Assembly: GCA_025786725.1 (NCBI GenBank)
Contig: JAHLTZ010000031.1
Location: 124,001-188,000, forward strand
DNA from: Syncephalis fuscata S228
Lineage: Eukaryota; Fungi; Zoopagomycota
DNA length: 64,000 bases
Direction of reading: 5' to 3'
Made by a program: the position numbers and the translations under genes. The notes beneath the pieces are model-generated. The model saw nothing but the letters and a program-made list of their open reading frames with translations, had not been told where the DNA came from and ran no database searches. Positions 37,962-50,348 of the stretch are shown here, piece by piece. The first letter of the stretch is position 1. Each line of letters begins with the position of its first letter.

Positions 37962-38697
37962 ACTATTACCACGCTACATCATCTTTGTCGTTACCAATCT
38001 AACTTACTCTATTATTCTATTCTATTATTACTATAGTGAGCAGCGTTATTCTTTTTCATTGCCTACTTTTTATTTTCTGTGTTCTTTCATTGCAAACTTT
38101 TTGGTACTGCTTCAATCTATTGAACCAGTCGTTTTAAACTTTCTATCTATTCATACTGTGTGTGTTGTCTCACTGTGGTTGTCCGTCTCGGTGTTTCTTT
38201 TTACGTTCCAACAACAACAACAAAAAAGCATCTCTTTGCATTGTTATCTCTCTCTTTTCCCTTTTACTACTGCCGTGACCACTAGTACTATTACTATTTA
38301 CTATTATTATTACTATTATTACTATTATTACTGTGTTACTGTGCCATCTTTTTCACTATCTTTTATTTGCTATTGTTAGTGAAATAATCGCTTGTTCTAT
38401 TGTTGATCTCTTCTTCCTTTGTGAGTGCTATTTCACACTGCTTTAGTTGTTTTCCCTTTTTTTACGCTACCACTACGTTATCGTCAATATCTATAACTAC
38501 GTTTGTTGTTAATCTGTAGGGTAAGTACATTATTTGGATAAGCGTAATACAACGATGTAATGTTACAACGCCTATGATGGATATGATTTAAATGCGAAAG
38601 AGGTGATTAGTCAGCGTTTATAGGATAGAAATTAAGCGATAAAATAGATTTAAAACAATTTATAAAAATATAGACTAACGATTAATATTTATTATAT

Positions 38698-38734
<37 letters not shown>

Positions 38735-39018
38735 GGCTAGCCCATTTCCAATTTTGCACATTTTATTAGCTTAAGTCATTACATCTCTTTGTCGTGTTTG
38801 TTTTATACGCTTAGAGGTTTTATTTGTTTGTTTGCACGTTCGTCTATTCAATTGTTTGTAATAGGCGCATAGCGCTTTATATCAAAATTCCGCATTCAAC
38901 CTCATCGCTGTTGCCTGCTATTTCCGCAGCCGCGGCTATTGGTTCAACTCATATTAGTAATACGACACGTCGCGAAATAGTAGCGACATCTGTCACCACG
39001 ACGGCAACAAACGCGACA

Positions 39019-42000
39019 ATGCACAGCGCGGTAAATACCGCTGCTGCTGCTGCTGCTGCTGCTGCCACTTCCACTAACATGAAACGAGGCGTGGATCCAC
39101 CTGGCGACACAAGCAAACGTTTGCGGTATGCTGATCCATTTTCTTCGGCTGTGTTACTACCGTCAATGTCGACAAATACAGCTTGGGTAGGCTCATTGCC
39201 ATCTGCCACGGTAGCATCGTCGGTCAATGGTATTGCTGTTGAACCGGTAGATTTAACGACTGCACCACCTTCCATGTCTGGAGGGCCGTTGTCTAACAGC
39301 AACAACAACAACAACATCAATAACAATATCAATAATAACAGCAATAATAGCATTAGTATGGGACTTGGCGGCCTTAACCTTAGCGCATCAATGATGAATA
39401 ACGATGACGTAAAAGCACGTCAATTGGAGAATATATTCAACGATGGTGGACGTTATTCGGCCCAAGACCCGGCCAATATTAGTCTTCGTCGTCCTTCTCA
39501 GCCCACGCATATGTCGCCAGTAGCATCGACATTATCAGCATCGTCATCGCCATTTATATCTGTCCATGCAATGGATCATGCAGGTATGTCACCATCACGG
39601 TATATGCCCACCTCACCAGCCAATCTTAGCTTTGGTGGTGTATGGTCACCCAGTGCTGCCTCGTTAACGGCAGTGGCCGCTAATGCAAATGTCAGTCAAG
39701 GTGCATTTAGCCAGAATAACTACGGTTTTGGCCATAACGGCCATCAAGCCGATGACATGTATGCAACACTGCCACGTACGCCAATCATGTCACCGGCATC
39801 AACGGCAACACCATTGCCTTATGACACACCTATGTCACCTATGTCGCCGTTGTCACCGGCCTTTCCAGTTACTATTTTGCCTTTCCCAGCGCCACAGTCA
39901 GTTGCGATGGATTCAAGTAAAACAAATAGCAATGGTGGATCGCAGCGTGTACCGTTACCTTCTACACCGATGTCTGGATCTATCACGCCTAACCAATCGC
40001 CTATGCGACAGCCGTGCCGTACTATTTATCTAGGTGGTCTGCCATCCAATGCAGATGCCCGCGACATTCTAGAACAAATACGTGCGCATGGTGTAATTGA
40101 ATCGATTCGTATGCTGCCAGAGCGTGGCTGTGCTTTTGTTAGCTTTCTAAGTGCAGCGGCTGCATCAGCATTTCATAATGACTATGCTGGCTCGAATGCC
40201 AATGGCAATCATGGCGCGAATAACTCGGCTAACGGCAATGGCAACAATGGCAGCGGTCCAGCTCTTACACGTCGTTCATTAGTTGTTAGTGGTCAAGAGA
40301 TTAAAGTTAGCTGGGGAAAGCCATCTCCAGTACCACTTCATGTATTAAGAGCGGCCGAAGAAGATGGCGCTACACGAACTGTATTCATTAGCTCACTTGT
40401 ATTAGAAGATACAGAGCCGCGTGTACGCGATGCATGCGAACAGTTTGGTGAAGTTGAAACGCTACGCTGGTTCCCTGACCGTAGAATTGCTTTTGCTCAT
40501 TTTACTTCAATTGCTGATGCCATTCGCTGTGTTGCATGGTTCAGATCGGCCACTGATCAATGGTTTGGACGACATGTTGGCTATGGACGCGATCGTTGTG
40601 TACTTGTTAATGGCACACTTCAGCCAGATGGTCCTTCAACTGGCCTATCGCAACTCGATCGTATGGATTTAGGTCGTGGTGCTGTTTCTCAACAGGCCCA
40701 TCAACAATTGGCCCATCAGCAACAGCAACAGCAACAAGCACAGCAACAGCAACGAGTACAACAGCAAATGATTCAACAGCATCAACAGGCTATGATGTCT
40801 ATGAACGTACAAGGCATGCCTAGCAATAACAATCAAAATAACAATAATAACAGCAATAGCAACTCCAATAGTACTATGATGTATCCACCAAATGCTGTAG
40901 CTGCTATGGCATATGCAGCCGCCACGCGCAATCGTACGGATTCATTTGGTAATATTATTCCATCAGATATTCAACTGCCACCGGTGATTAATCATATGTC
41001 ATATAATGCGTCATCGCAGCCTCAATCGCCAGTTCAGCTGCCATCGTCACAAATGCAGAATCATTTGCCGATAACATCGATTGGAACGCCAGCAAACAGT
41101 ATGCTAGCGAATATGAATACAGCTGCTATGAATGCTAATGGCAGATCAATGGTTTTATCACCTGAACTTACAGCTACGACACTGGAGCAACAACAACAAG
41201 GTTCAAATTCAGCCTTGTCGGCCATGTCGTGGATACAGCCTACATCTATTACGGCCAATGCTAATATTAATGGATCTAATGCCAATTTATTCATGCAAAC
41301 GCCACAACCAGTATCGGCTCCACAAAGTATACAATCGGCTGTCTGTTCACCGCCATTGAATCCACAATCAATCTTGGCAGATCCAATGACGGCCACGTCC
41401 AATAACAATGGCAACGGTACTGCTACCGCTAATGGATCTGGCACCATTTTGTCCAATCCAGGTTCACCCACGGCAATGATGATGCTGGACCAGCCTATGG
41501 TACCACCATCTCCTGACCATCGTACCGTCTATTTGGGCAACTTAAAGCGTAGTACCACTGTTGAAGATCTATGCAATGTTATTCGTGGTGGTGCATTGGA
41601 GCGTATTCGTTTAATTCCGGAAAAACGAATTGCTTTTGTTAGCTTTATTACAGCTGATTCAGCAGCTGACTTTTACCGACGTGCACTGCATCCAGGATTG
41701 GTCGTTAAACACCAGCGTCTACGTCCTGGCTGGGGACGACCACGTCCATTGCCATCAGAGGTAATGCGTGCCGTCAGTGTAGGTGCTAGTCGCAACGTCT
41801 ATCTTGGCGGACTCGACGATGCACGTGTATTTACAGTCGAGCGACTTCGTGACGATTTTGCCGAATACGGCGAGATTGAACTCGTGAATACACTGCCTGA
41901 ACGTCAATGTGCATTTGTCAACTTTACGAGTGTTGCTGCGGCCGTTAAAGCTGTCGACGCCATTCGCGGCAAGCCTGGCTATGAACGTGTACGTGTCAAC

Positions 42001-42744
42001 TTTGGTAAAGACCGTTGTGCAAATCCACCTCGTCCTGAGCTAGATGCCAATACTGGCTCAGTTGGATCACCAGGCATGTCACCAGCTATGCTACCTACTG
42101 GTGAGAATTGGCCCAATCTTTCGGATGAAGCATTATACCAATCGCCATTACCATCGGTCGTTAATGGAGATCAGTCACAACTGGCTTTAACATCTTCGCC
42201 CAATATGTCCAACGGTTTAAATGCCTCATTAACTATGATGTTTGAAAATGGAGCAGCTGATAAGAGCCAGCATCAGCACCATCATTATCACCAGCACCAA
42301 TACTCGAACGTTGAAGTTGATCCTTCATGTGAGCCGCCTCAATCACCACCGGCAACACTATCGGCTTCATCATTATCGTCGCAATGGATGACTGAAGCCT
42401 TATTCTCAGCTCAAACGTCTACGCAATCTGAGATGAAATCGGCGGATACTGCAGCCATGAACCAGTCTCAGCTTGAAATCTTTCCGCCTCTTGATACCTG
42501 TCTACTCCAGAACCCAATGGAGGTCTCATTATTCTCCTGGGGCTCTCGCGGTCCACGGTCCGTTGCCGTAGGAGCAGAGCGTCAAGGCAGTAGTAACGAA
42601 TTGCTGCACAGCGATTTGGTTATTTCTGCACCTAGCAGTACGGGTGGTGCTGCTACGGCCACCGCCACCGATGCTATTACCGTTGTCAACCCATGGAAAC
42701 GTCAATCCTCTTTGGAGTCGCGTTTGGCCGGCCGTCTATGGTAA
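39019..42744 (+). CDS. Four-RRM RNA-binding protein, Mrn1 (S. cerevisiae)/Nrd1-Msa2 (S. pombe) family
   Basis: RRMs: RTIYLGGLP...RGCAFVSF, ATRTVFI...IAFAHF...GYGRDRC, RTVYLGNL...IAFVSF...GWGR, ASRNVYLGG...GEIELVNTLPERQCAFVNFT...VNFGKDRC. The first ATG in the ORF is 39019. A probable 5'UTR intron lies at 38521-38735. Confidence 0.85.
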   Translation: MHSAVNTAAAAAAAAATSTNMKRGVDPPGDTSKRLRYADPFSSAVLLPSMSTNTAWVGSLPSATVASSVNGIAVEPVDLTTAPPSMSGGPLSNSNNNNNINNNINNNSNNSISMGLGGLNLSASMMNNDDVKARQLENIFNDGGRYSAQDPANISLRRPSQPTHMSPVASTLSASSSPFISVHAMDHAGMSPSRYMPTSPANLSFGGVWSPSAASLTAVAANANVSQGAFSQNNYGFGHNGHQADDMYATLPRTPIMSPASTATPLPYDTPMSPMSPLSPAFPVTILPFPAPQSVAMDSSKTNSNGGSQRVPLPSTPMSGSITPNQSPMRQPCRTIYLGGLPSNADARDILEQIRAHGVIESIRMLPERGCAFVSFLSAAAASAFHNDYAGSNANGNHGANNSANGNGNNGSGPALTRRSLVVSGQEIKVSWGKPSPVPLHVLRAAEEDGATRTVFISSLVLEDTEPRVRDACEQFGEVETLRWFPDRRIAFAHFTSIADAIRCVAWFRSATDQWFGRHVGYGRDRCVLVNGTLQPDGPSTGLSQLDRMDLGRGAVSQQAHQQLAHQQQQQQQAQQQQRVQQQMIQQHQQAMMSMNVQGMPSNNNQNNNNNSNSNSNSTMMYPPNAVAAMAYAAATRNRTDSFGNIIPSDIQLPPVINHMSYNASSQPQSPVQLPSSQMQNHLPITSIGTPANSMLANMNTAAMNANGRSMVLSPELTATTLEQQQQGSNSALSAMSWIQPTSITANANINGSNANLFMQTPQPVSAPQSIQSAVCSPPLNPQSILADPMTATSNNNGNGTATANGSGTILSNPGSPTAMMMLDQPMVPPSPDHRTVYLGNLKRSTTVEDLCNVIRGGALERIRLIPEKRIAFVSFITADSAADFYRRALHPGLVVKHQRLRPGWGRPRPLPSEVMRAVSVGASRNVYLGGLDDARVFTVERLRDDFAEYGEIELVNTLPERQCAFVNFTSVAAAVKAVDAIRGKPGYERVRVNFGKDRCANPPRPELDANTGSVGSPGMSPAMLPTGENWPNLSDEALYQSPLPSVVNGDQSQLALTSSPNMSNGLNASLTMMFENGAADKSQHQHHHYHQHQYSNVEVDPSCEPPQSPPATLSASSLSSQWMTEALFSAQTSTQSEMKSADTAAMNQSQLEIFPPLDTCLLQNPMEVSLFSWGSRGPRSVAVGAERQGSSNELLHSDLVISAPSSTGGAATATATDAITVVNPWKRQSSLESRLAGRLW

Positions 42745-43382
42745 AGAAGGATCAACGGCGACAAGGATGATCAACAGTAGTGCATCGTTATATTAGTATT
42801 ACTTTTCCGCGCGCCATGTAATCATGATACATCGATGGGCCTTTTTCTATTTAGCGATTACTTTTTTTAACATCATAACATTTATTTTTGAGCCGTTTTC
42901 TTTCGTATTTGCACACTTTGAAGCAATTTTCCTTTATTTGCTTCCTATCTTTACTGTTCAAATCTGATAGTATCCGCGTAACCTTTTCTACTGCTCGTCT
43001 TTCTTTCATTTATCGCTTTGACGATACCGATGATCATGGATGCTACTAGAACAACAACAACAACACTTGCCAGTAACTGTACTGGTACAGCGCTTTCTAT
43101 TTGATTGATTGGATCCAATCAATTATAGTTTGTGTCCGTATAGTTTTGCTTATCTTTTTGTTTTAATTGCTTTTATTTGCCCCTGTGCATGGCGTGTAAT
43201 ATCTAGATATGGTTGATCATAAGTGACAGCAATACTTTTACGTATAAATCAGCCATTTATCTATATAGATATACATAACCAAGTGACTAAAGATGCTTTT
43301 TACATATTACATATATTTGTTTAATTATAGTGATCAATCGATGTAATGTAGTGTTTTTGTTTTATTTTATTTTTATTTTATA

Positions 43383-44669
43383 ATGGCAGAAATCTCCACA
43401 CAAAACCGTTCTATCTTGCCAGTACTGTCACCGCCAACGTTTACGCAATCACTTATGGTAAGCTAAAAGCAAAATGGCCATAAGTGATTCTTTTTAAACG
43501 TAAATACGTCTTACGTGGTTAGGCAGGTGCTGCGGCGGGTATTACGGTCGATTCAAGTTTGTATCCGTTAGATACATTAAAGACGCGTTTACAAGCTCGT
43601 GAAGGATTTATTCGATCGGGTGGACTACGCGGTATCTATCGCGGTATTCCCTCCGTATTACTAGGATCGGCACCCAATGGTAAATATTAATATTAATATT
43701 AGTAAGTGGTATAGTTATACTGAATATTGGCTGTGCTATTAGCGGCCATTTTCTTTTGTGTTTATGATCAATTGAAACAATGGTTTGGCCCGGCAACGAC
43801 AACGCAACAAGCGGCAAAGCAACATATGTGTGCAGCATCCATTGCTGAAATGGTAACTACTTGTTAATGTTATTTTTTGTTGTTATTACTGCGTAGTAAA
43901 TAACAGCTATAATAAATTGTATTTATTTTAATCTTTATGAATAGGCAGCTTGTTTAGTAAGAGTACCTGTCGAGGTAGTAAAACAACGAGCACAAATCAA
44001 TTTAATCGATCGATCATCATCATCATCATCTACTAGTACTACAAGGCATGGTACTTGGCGCGTAGCTACTAACCTATGGCGCCAAGATGGTCTATGTGGC
44101 TTTTATCGAGGATTTGGCACAACTATTATGCGCGAGGCAAGTGCAATATACAAAAAATGATATTACTGCTTGTTAATACTCTAATCTATCATTAGATTCC
44201 ATTTACTTGTATTCAATTTCCGTTGTATGAATATTTAAAAGTAATTTATTTATCATAGCTACTATTGTTTAAATATGTATTTATAGTAACTGATATCGGT
44301 GTTACTAGAACGTATGGGCTCATCAGCAAGATATTCCTGTCGTTGCTCCATGGCAAGCAGCCCTTTGTGGCGTACTAGCTGGTGGGAGTGCTGCAGCACT
44401 TACAACACCATTGGATGTATTGAAAACGCGTAAAATGCTATCAAATGAAGTAAGTAAACAAACTAATTGTATATTTAATCAATATCTAATAATAACAACA
44501 ACAACAATAGAAATATAATTCAATCACATTAGTACGACAAATGATTCGTGAAGAAGGTCCTCAAGTATTTTTAAAAGGCTTGGTACCTCGTATTTTATGG
44601 ATTAGCGTGGGAGGTGCCATTTTTCTAGGTGTTTATGAAAAAGTTATTAAAGAATTGACTCATTATTAG
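43383..44669 (+). CDS. PET8: Mitochondrial S-adenosylmethionine carrier (SLC25A26/Pet8/Sam5)
   Basis: [41 protein letters not shown]...[69 protein letters not shown]. Confidence 0.9.
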
Positions 44670-44829
44670 CAGTCAGTGCCAATAAATTAATCATAAATCA
44701 TTACACAGTGTGTCTATTATATACTATTCAAATTAGAATTCAAGCTTGGATTTATTATCACATTGAATGTCGCAGCTATTACCGCTATTACTGGTGGCAA
44801 TGGTGGCGGTGCCATTTACATCAATCGCC

Positions 44830-45328
44830 TTACGTGTTAACCGACTGAATCACTGTAATGTTGTCGCCTTTAAGTAATATCCGACCTAATAGTATTGATT
44901 AGAAACTATTTTTTAATTAAAAGACTCGATATAAAACATACCAATATCTTTACGTGTATTTTTCTTTTTATCAACTTCTACAGCATCTTCCAATACCACA
45001 TTCATAAATTCATCAAATCCCTATTTCAATCGTTAGCTATTTACACGAATTATTGTATTAATAGTCCACATACAATAATACGACCTTCAATACGCGCATG
45101 GTGCTGTTCATATAGCCAGATTGACACGGTTGATTTCTATTGCAGCAAATAGCCAAATGAATACACATTTACTTGCTAGCTGCTATAAACTTACGTTTTG
45201 CAGATACCTGAAAATCAGATTCTATAGTGTAAAAACATGTAGGATTAGTCAGTGGTCTGATCTATTTTGATTTAATAACAACTTACGATCGGCTGCACCA
45301 TAACCTTTTGAACCTTATTATGCGACAT
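44830..45328 (-). CDS. SME1: Small nuclear ribonucleoprotein SmE
   Basis: [60 protein letters not shown]...-RILLKGDNITVIQ, 5 exons. Absent from the ORF track. Confidence 0.95.
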
Positions 45329-45649
45329 TTTGTAACAATAACGACTAAGCGTATTTAGAGAACAGATTAACGTACGACAGATAGCACCACACTGGCAAAA
45401 CAACGGTGACTAGTAGAAAACTAAAAAAGACGATGTGGTGTGGAATGCAGTAGAGATAGATCTAGCACGGAACAACGCTAAAAACATCAATTGCAGAAAA
45501 ATGACTTGATCCAATTAGTATCGATAATTCAGTGAACTCGAACTAATTAACGAATCACGTCACGCTAGCAGCCGATGAATTTATTCTCATTTTATCTTTA
45601 TTGTCTACTAGTGGCTAGGTTGATTATACGTGGAGAATCTGCTAACAAC

Positions 45650-48600
45650 ATGGGGCCTTATGCCGTAGTAGCTACCTGTTCACTTAATCAATGGGCCTTG
45701 GATTTTAAGGGAAATCACACTCGTATTGTCAAGAGTTGTCAGTTGGCAAAAGAAGCAGGTGCCAGACTCCGTGTAGGCCCAGAGTTGGAAATACCGTAAT
45801 ATACATTCTATAACATTAATAGGCTTTATATTAATTCAAATGCATCCATTCGTGCTGATTATTAGTGGATATGGCTGCCAGGATCATTTTCTAGAAGGCA
45901 AGTCTAATAGACGCTATTATTGGTTATTTCAGTATATTTATACTTATTTAGGCGATACAATACTGCATTCCTGGGAAGTGCTGGGCAATCTATTAAACGA
46001 AGATGCCTGTAAAGATATTCTAGTGGATGTTGGCATGTAAGTCAGATGTAAACTAATATACATAAGATAGCTTATTTATGTACAGGCCCGTTTTGCACAA
46101 GAATGTCCGTTACAACTGCCGTATTCTTATGTACAATGGCCAAATTCTATTAATTCGTCCCAAACTCTATTTAGCAAATGATGGTAACTATAGGGAGGCA
46201 AGATGGTTTTCTCCTTGGAAGCATCGCCGAACAGTACAAGACTATTTACTACCACGAATGATACAACGAATTACCGGTCAGGTATGCTATTATTGATACT
46301 TGTTAATTAACTAATGCATTAGATAGGTTACTGTACCATTTGGCGATGCAGTCATTAGTACAAAAGATACGTGTGTGGGCGTTGAGATGTGTGAGGAGCT
46401 ATTTACGCCCAATAGGTACGTAATAGCTGATTTGTACTAAGCATTTGTTTTATGTGTTATTACAGCCCACATATTGGTATGAGTCTGGATGGTGTAGAAA
46501 TATTTACCAATAGTAGTGGATCTCATCATGAATTGCGTAAATTGCAGTCACGTGTGCGTCTTATTACTGAAGCAACATTGAAGGTAGATAACTATAAGGA
46601 TGATATGCTAAATGCTTATTGATGACTATTAGTGTGGTGGCGTATATTTGTATGCCAATCAACAAGGCTGTGATGGCGATCGACTTTATTATGATGGATG
46701 TGCCATGGTGATTGCCAATGGCAAAGTAGTTGGACAAGGCTCACAATTTTCACTTAAAGATGTAGTAAGTTAGTGAGTGATATCATATGAGCTATGTGTA
46801 ATGATATCAATTGTCAATAGGAAGTTATTACGGCTGTTGTAGATCTGGAACAAGTAAGATCATTCAGAGGAGCCATTCATAGTCGTAGTAGTCAGGCAGT
46901 TGAAACATCGCCTTATCCGCGAATAATAACTGATTTTGCATTATCAGCCGATGAATTTGATTTGTCACTTCATCCAACACTACCGATAGATTTAACATTT
47001 CATTTACCTGAAAAAGAATTAGGTAAATAAGATAAATACAATGAATAGATTAATCAAATGGATTATTTACATATATATATATTACAGTATGGGACCAGCT
47101 TGTTGGCTATGGGATTATTTAAGACGCAGTGGACTATCTGGATTCATGCTACCATTAAGTGGTGGTTTAGACAGTTGTGCAGTAGCGGTGATTGTTTATT
47201 CAATGTGCCGTTTAGTAGTGGCATCAGTACATTTAAAAGGTAAATAGCAAATGTATTAATACTAATAGTATAAAGCTAAATGAAATTGATAGATCAACAA
47301 GTAATTGATGATATACGTAGAGTATTGAAAGAACCGCCAAATAGTTCATTTATTCCTAAAGATGCACAAGAACTATGCGGGTAATAGCTTATTTAGTATT
47401 TAGTTAGATTATTTATATTTCATATCTATATTTAATATAGACGTATATTACACACATGTTATATGGGCACCGAGTATTCTAGTCAGGAGACGCGTGACCG
47501 AGCCAAACACTTGGCTGAAGCCATTGGCGGGTAATATTTGGGTTATTATGTTAACATCTAGTTACTAAATTTTTATTAGTTATCATCTTGATCTAAATAT
47601 GGATACGGTTGTTACATCGGTGCGTACACTCTTTGAGACTGTTACGGGCCGACGACCTGTATTTTCATCTCAAGGTGGTACGGCATCAGAAAATTTGGCT
47701 TTACAAAATATTCAAGTAATTTAAATGCTAAATTAAATGTTAATGATAATAACTGTTGATAAAGGCTAGATTACGTATGGTTCTAGCTTATCTATTTGCG
47801 CAACTATTACCATGGTGTAGAGGAAATAGCGGCTCATTATTAGTATTAAGTAGTGCTAATGTTGACGAAAGGTAATTAGATATTGTAGATGGGTCGATCT
47901 ATTGTTGTTAATTATTGTATTATTTAGTTTACGTGGCTATTTGACAAAATATGACTGTTCTAGTGCTGATTTGAATCCAATTGGCAGTATTAGTAAAATG
48001 GATTTATTCCGATTTATAAAATATGCTAGACAAGAATTTGATATGCCAATACTTGAAAGGTAAGTAACATTTATTGATATTTAATGACACTCTAGTGCTA
48101 ATTTATGTAAAAGTTTCCTTAATGCTATTCCATCAGCTGAACTTATTCCAATCAATCCTGATGAGCCGGTACAATCAGATGAGGTAATAAGATTTCTATA
48201 CTATTAAATTAATACTATATAAATACTAACAACAATACTATTTGTTAGACGGAAATGGGCATGACTTATGAAGAATTATCAATATTTGGAAGATTAAGAA
48301 AGCTGGAGCGATGCGGTCCATGGAGTATGTTCTCTCGTCTAGTGCATCTCTGGACGGAACATACACCAGATATTGTTAGTATTAAGCAAGGCTACTGTAA
48401 TGTATAACATATAGGCTGGCTAATTAACTGGTTTTACTAGATTGCGGACAAAGTAAAACGCTTTTTCTTTTATTATGCTATTAATCGCCACAAGTTGACC
48501 ACCTTGACGCCAGCATATCATGCAGAGGCATACAGCCCAGAAGATAATCGATTTGATTTACGTCCATTCTTATATCCTGCTCATTGGGTCTGGCAATTTG

Positions 48601-48692
48601 CTCGAATAGATAAGGCGATTGCAGCATTTCAATCTAGCAAAGAAGACATCAGTGAATCCAGTACAAGCGATAAAAGCTCAAATGAATCTTAA
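45650..48692 (+). CDS. QNS1: Glutamine-dependent NAD+ synthetase
   Basis: [121 protein letters not shown]. Confidence 0.96.
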
Positions 48693-49280
48693 TAATCACT
48701 AATATCTAGCATATGTTTTAATTAATATCAATAAACTGTATAGTCAGCTAAATGTGAATGTTTAACCAATAATGTATTTCGTCACTGATTCTGTATTTTA
48801 TAAAGTTTAATTTTATTTATGTAAATCATATTAAAGTGATATTTCATCAAATACCAGTTTATAATAATATCTATACCATTGTAACGCCATCTACAGTGTG
48901 ATATATTAATAGTTCGTTAATATTACTATTCTAAGACATATCGTTTTACGGTTGGATTAATTAATAAAACAAAGAACATTGTTGTGATGCATTATCTGAA
49001 CATTGTATAATGTATAAATAAACATAGTAATGTTCTTCAAAGTGTATTTTTTATGCAACATGTGTTGCGTGAATGTGGATTATTTTAGGTCCTGAGTTAC
49101 ATAAAATTTGCAGAAATTTGCACTATAATACCAACCATAGAAAGCGGTAACCGACAAAAAAAGAAAATCCTAACCTAAGCATCAACAGGTTATGATGGCA
49201 GATTACAAATCTACATACTATATAAAATACTGCTTGCTCATATGCTTGCTGTTGCTTTTTTATCTTATAAACACTATTAT

Positions 49281-50348
49281 TCATTGAGGTATAGTAGTTT
49301 ATGTTTAAGGCTTTATTAGACTAATTTAACTATCAATTTATAGTTTACACGCAATGCAATTCTTAAACGCATAGCAAGAGCAGAAGAAGACGAAAAAAAT
49401 GGCGTTGCTAATGAAAATAATAACGACGTGCTTATACGACTGATCAATTCAGAAGATCCAGAAACCGGTGAAAGACTAAGTGTTAATCAAATAGTTTCTG
49501 AGTCGATTGTTCAGCTGTAAGTAATAACATTTACATAATAAATAGTACCTGATGACTAACATTTATGCTATTGTTATTAGTATCGGTGGCACTGATACGA
49601 CAGCACTGACTATGACTTGGTAAGCGCACAATGGTTGCTATTAACGATATAAATAATACCAATGTATCGATATTAGGGCATTGCACTTGCTACATCAATA
49701 TCCAGCTGTATGTCAAAAGCTTTATGAGGAACTTGAAGAATGTATTCCAGACCGAACAAAAGTCATTCATTACAGTGATGTAAAGAATCTGACCTACCTT
49801 ACTGCTGTACTCTATGAGTCAATGCGTATATATCCAGCAGCAGGCGGTACCGCTAGAAAGAGTCCACCTGGTGGTATAGAACTATCAGGCGTATATATTC
49901 CTGAAGGTGTAAGTAGTACATTTGTGTATTAATATAGTATTTAATTATATTATATTATAGTATGAGATTAATACAGCATTACTATCGGTTCATTCCTCTA
50001 CTGAGGTTTATGGTAAAGATGCAGATGTATTCCGACCAGAACGTTGGCTAGAGGCTGAGCCGGAGCAATTAAAAGCTATGCGGCAATCATTTATAACGTT
50101 CTCTATGGGATCTCGTGCCTGTATTGGCCAGAAGTAAGTATTGATGTTATGTTATTTGTACACATATTAACACTGTTTGCTATAGTCTTGCTTGGATGGA
50201 ATTGCGTTTATTATTGTCAACACTAGTAAGACAGTTTGAATTTGTAGTCCCACTAGGTGAAGAAGTTGACATGACACCCGTATTCAAGTTTACTAATCAA
50301 CCCAATGGCGGCTGCTACAAAATTAAAGCGACTCATCGTGCCAACTAA
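49281..50348 (+). pseudogene. Cytochrome P450 copy A, lacking the N-terminal half (internal deletion)
   Basis: The promoter/TATA (49219-49227) is joined directly to mid-gene TCATTGAG|GT. It retains IGGTDTT, ESMRIYP, FRPERW and FSMGSRACIG, but has no start exon. Confidence 0.8.

Noticed and set aside
38824-39018. N-terminal extension of the 1306-aa ORF from a TTG start
   Set aside because: Eukaryotic gene; the first ATG is at 39019 and there is no evidence for non-AUG initiation.
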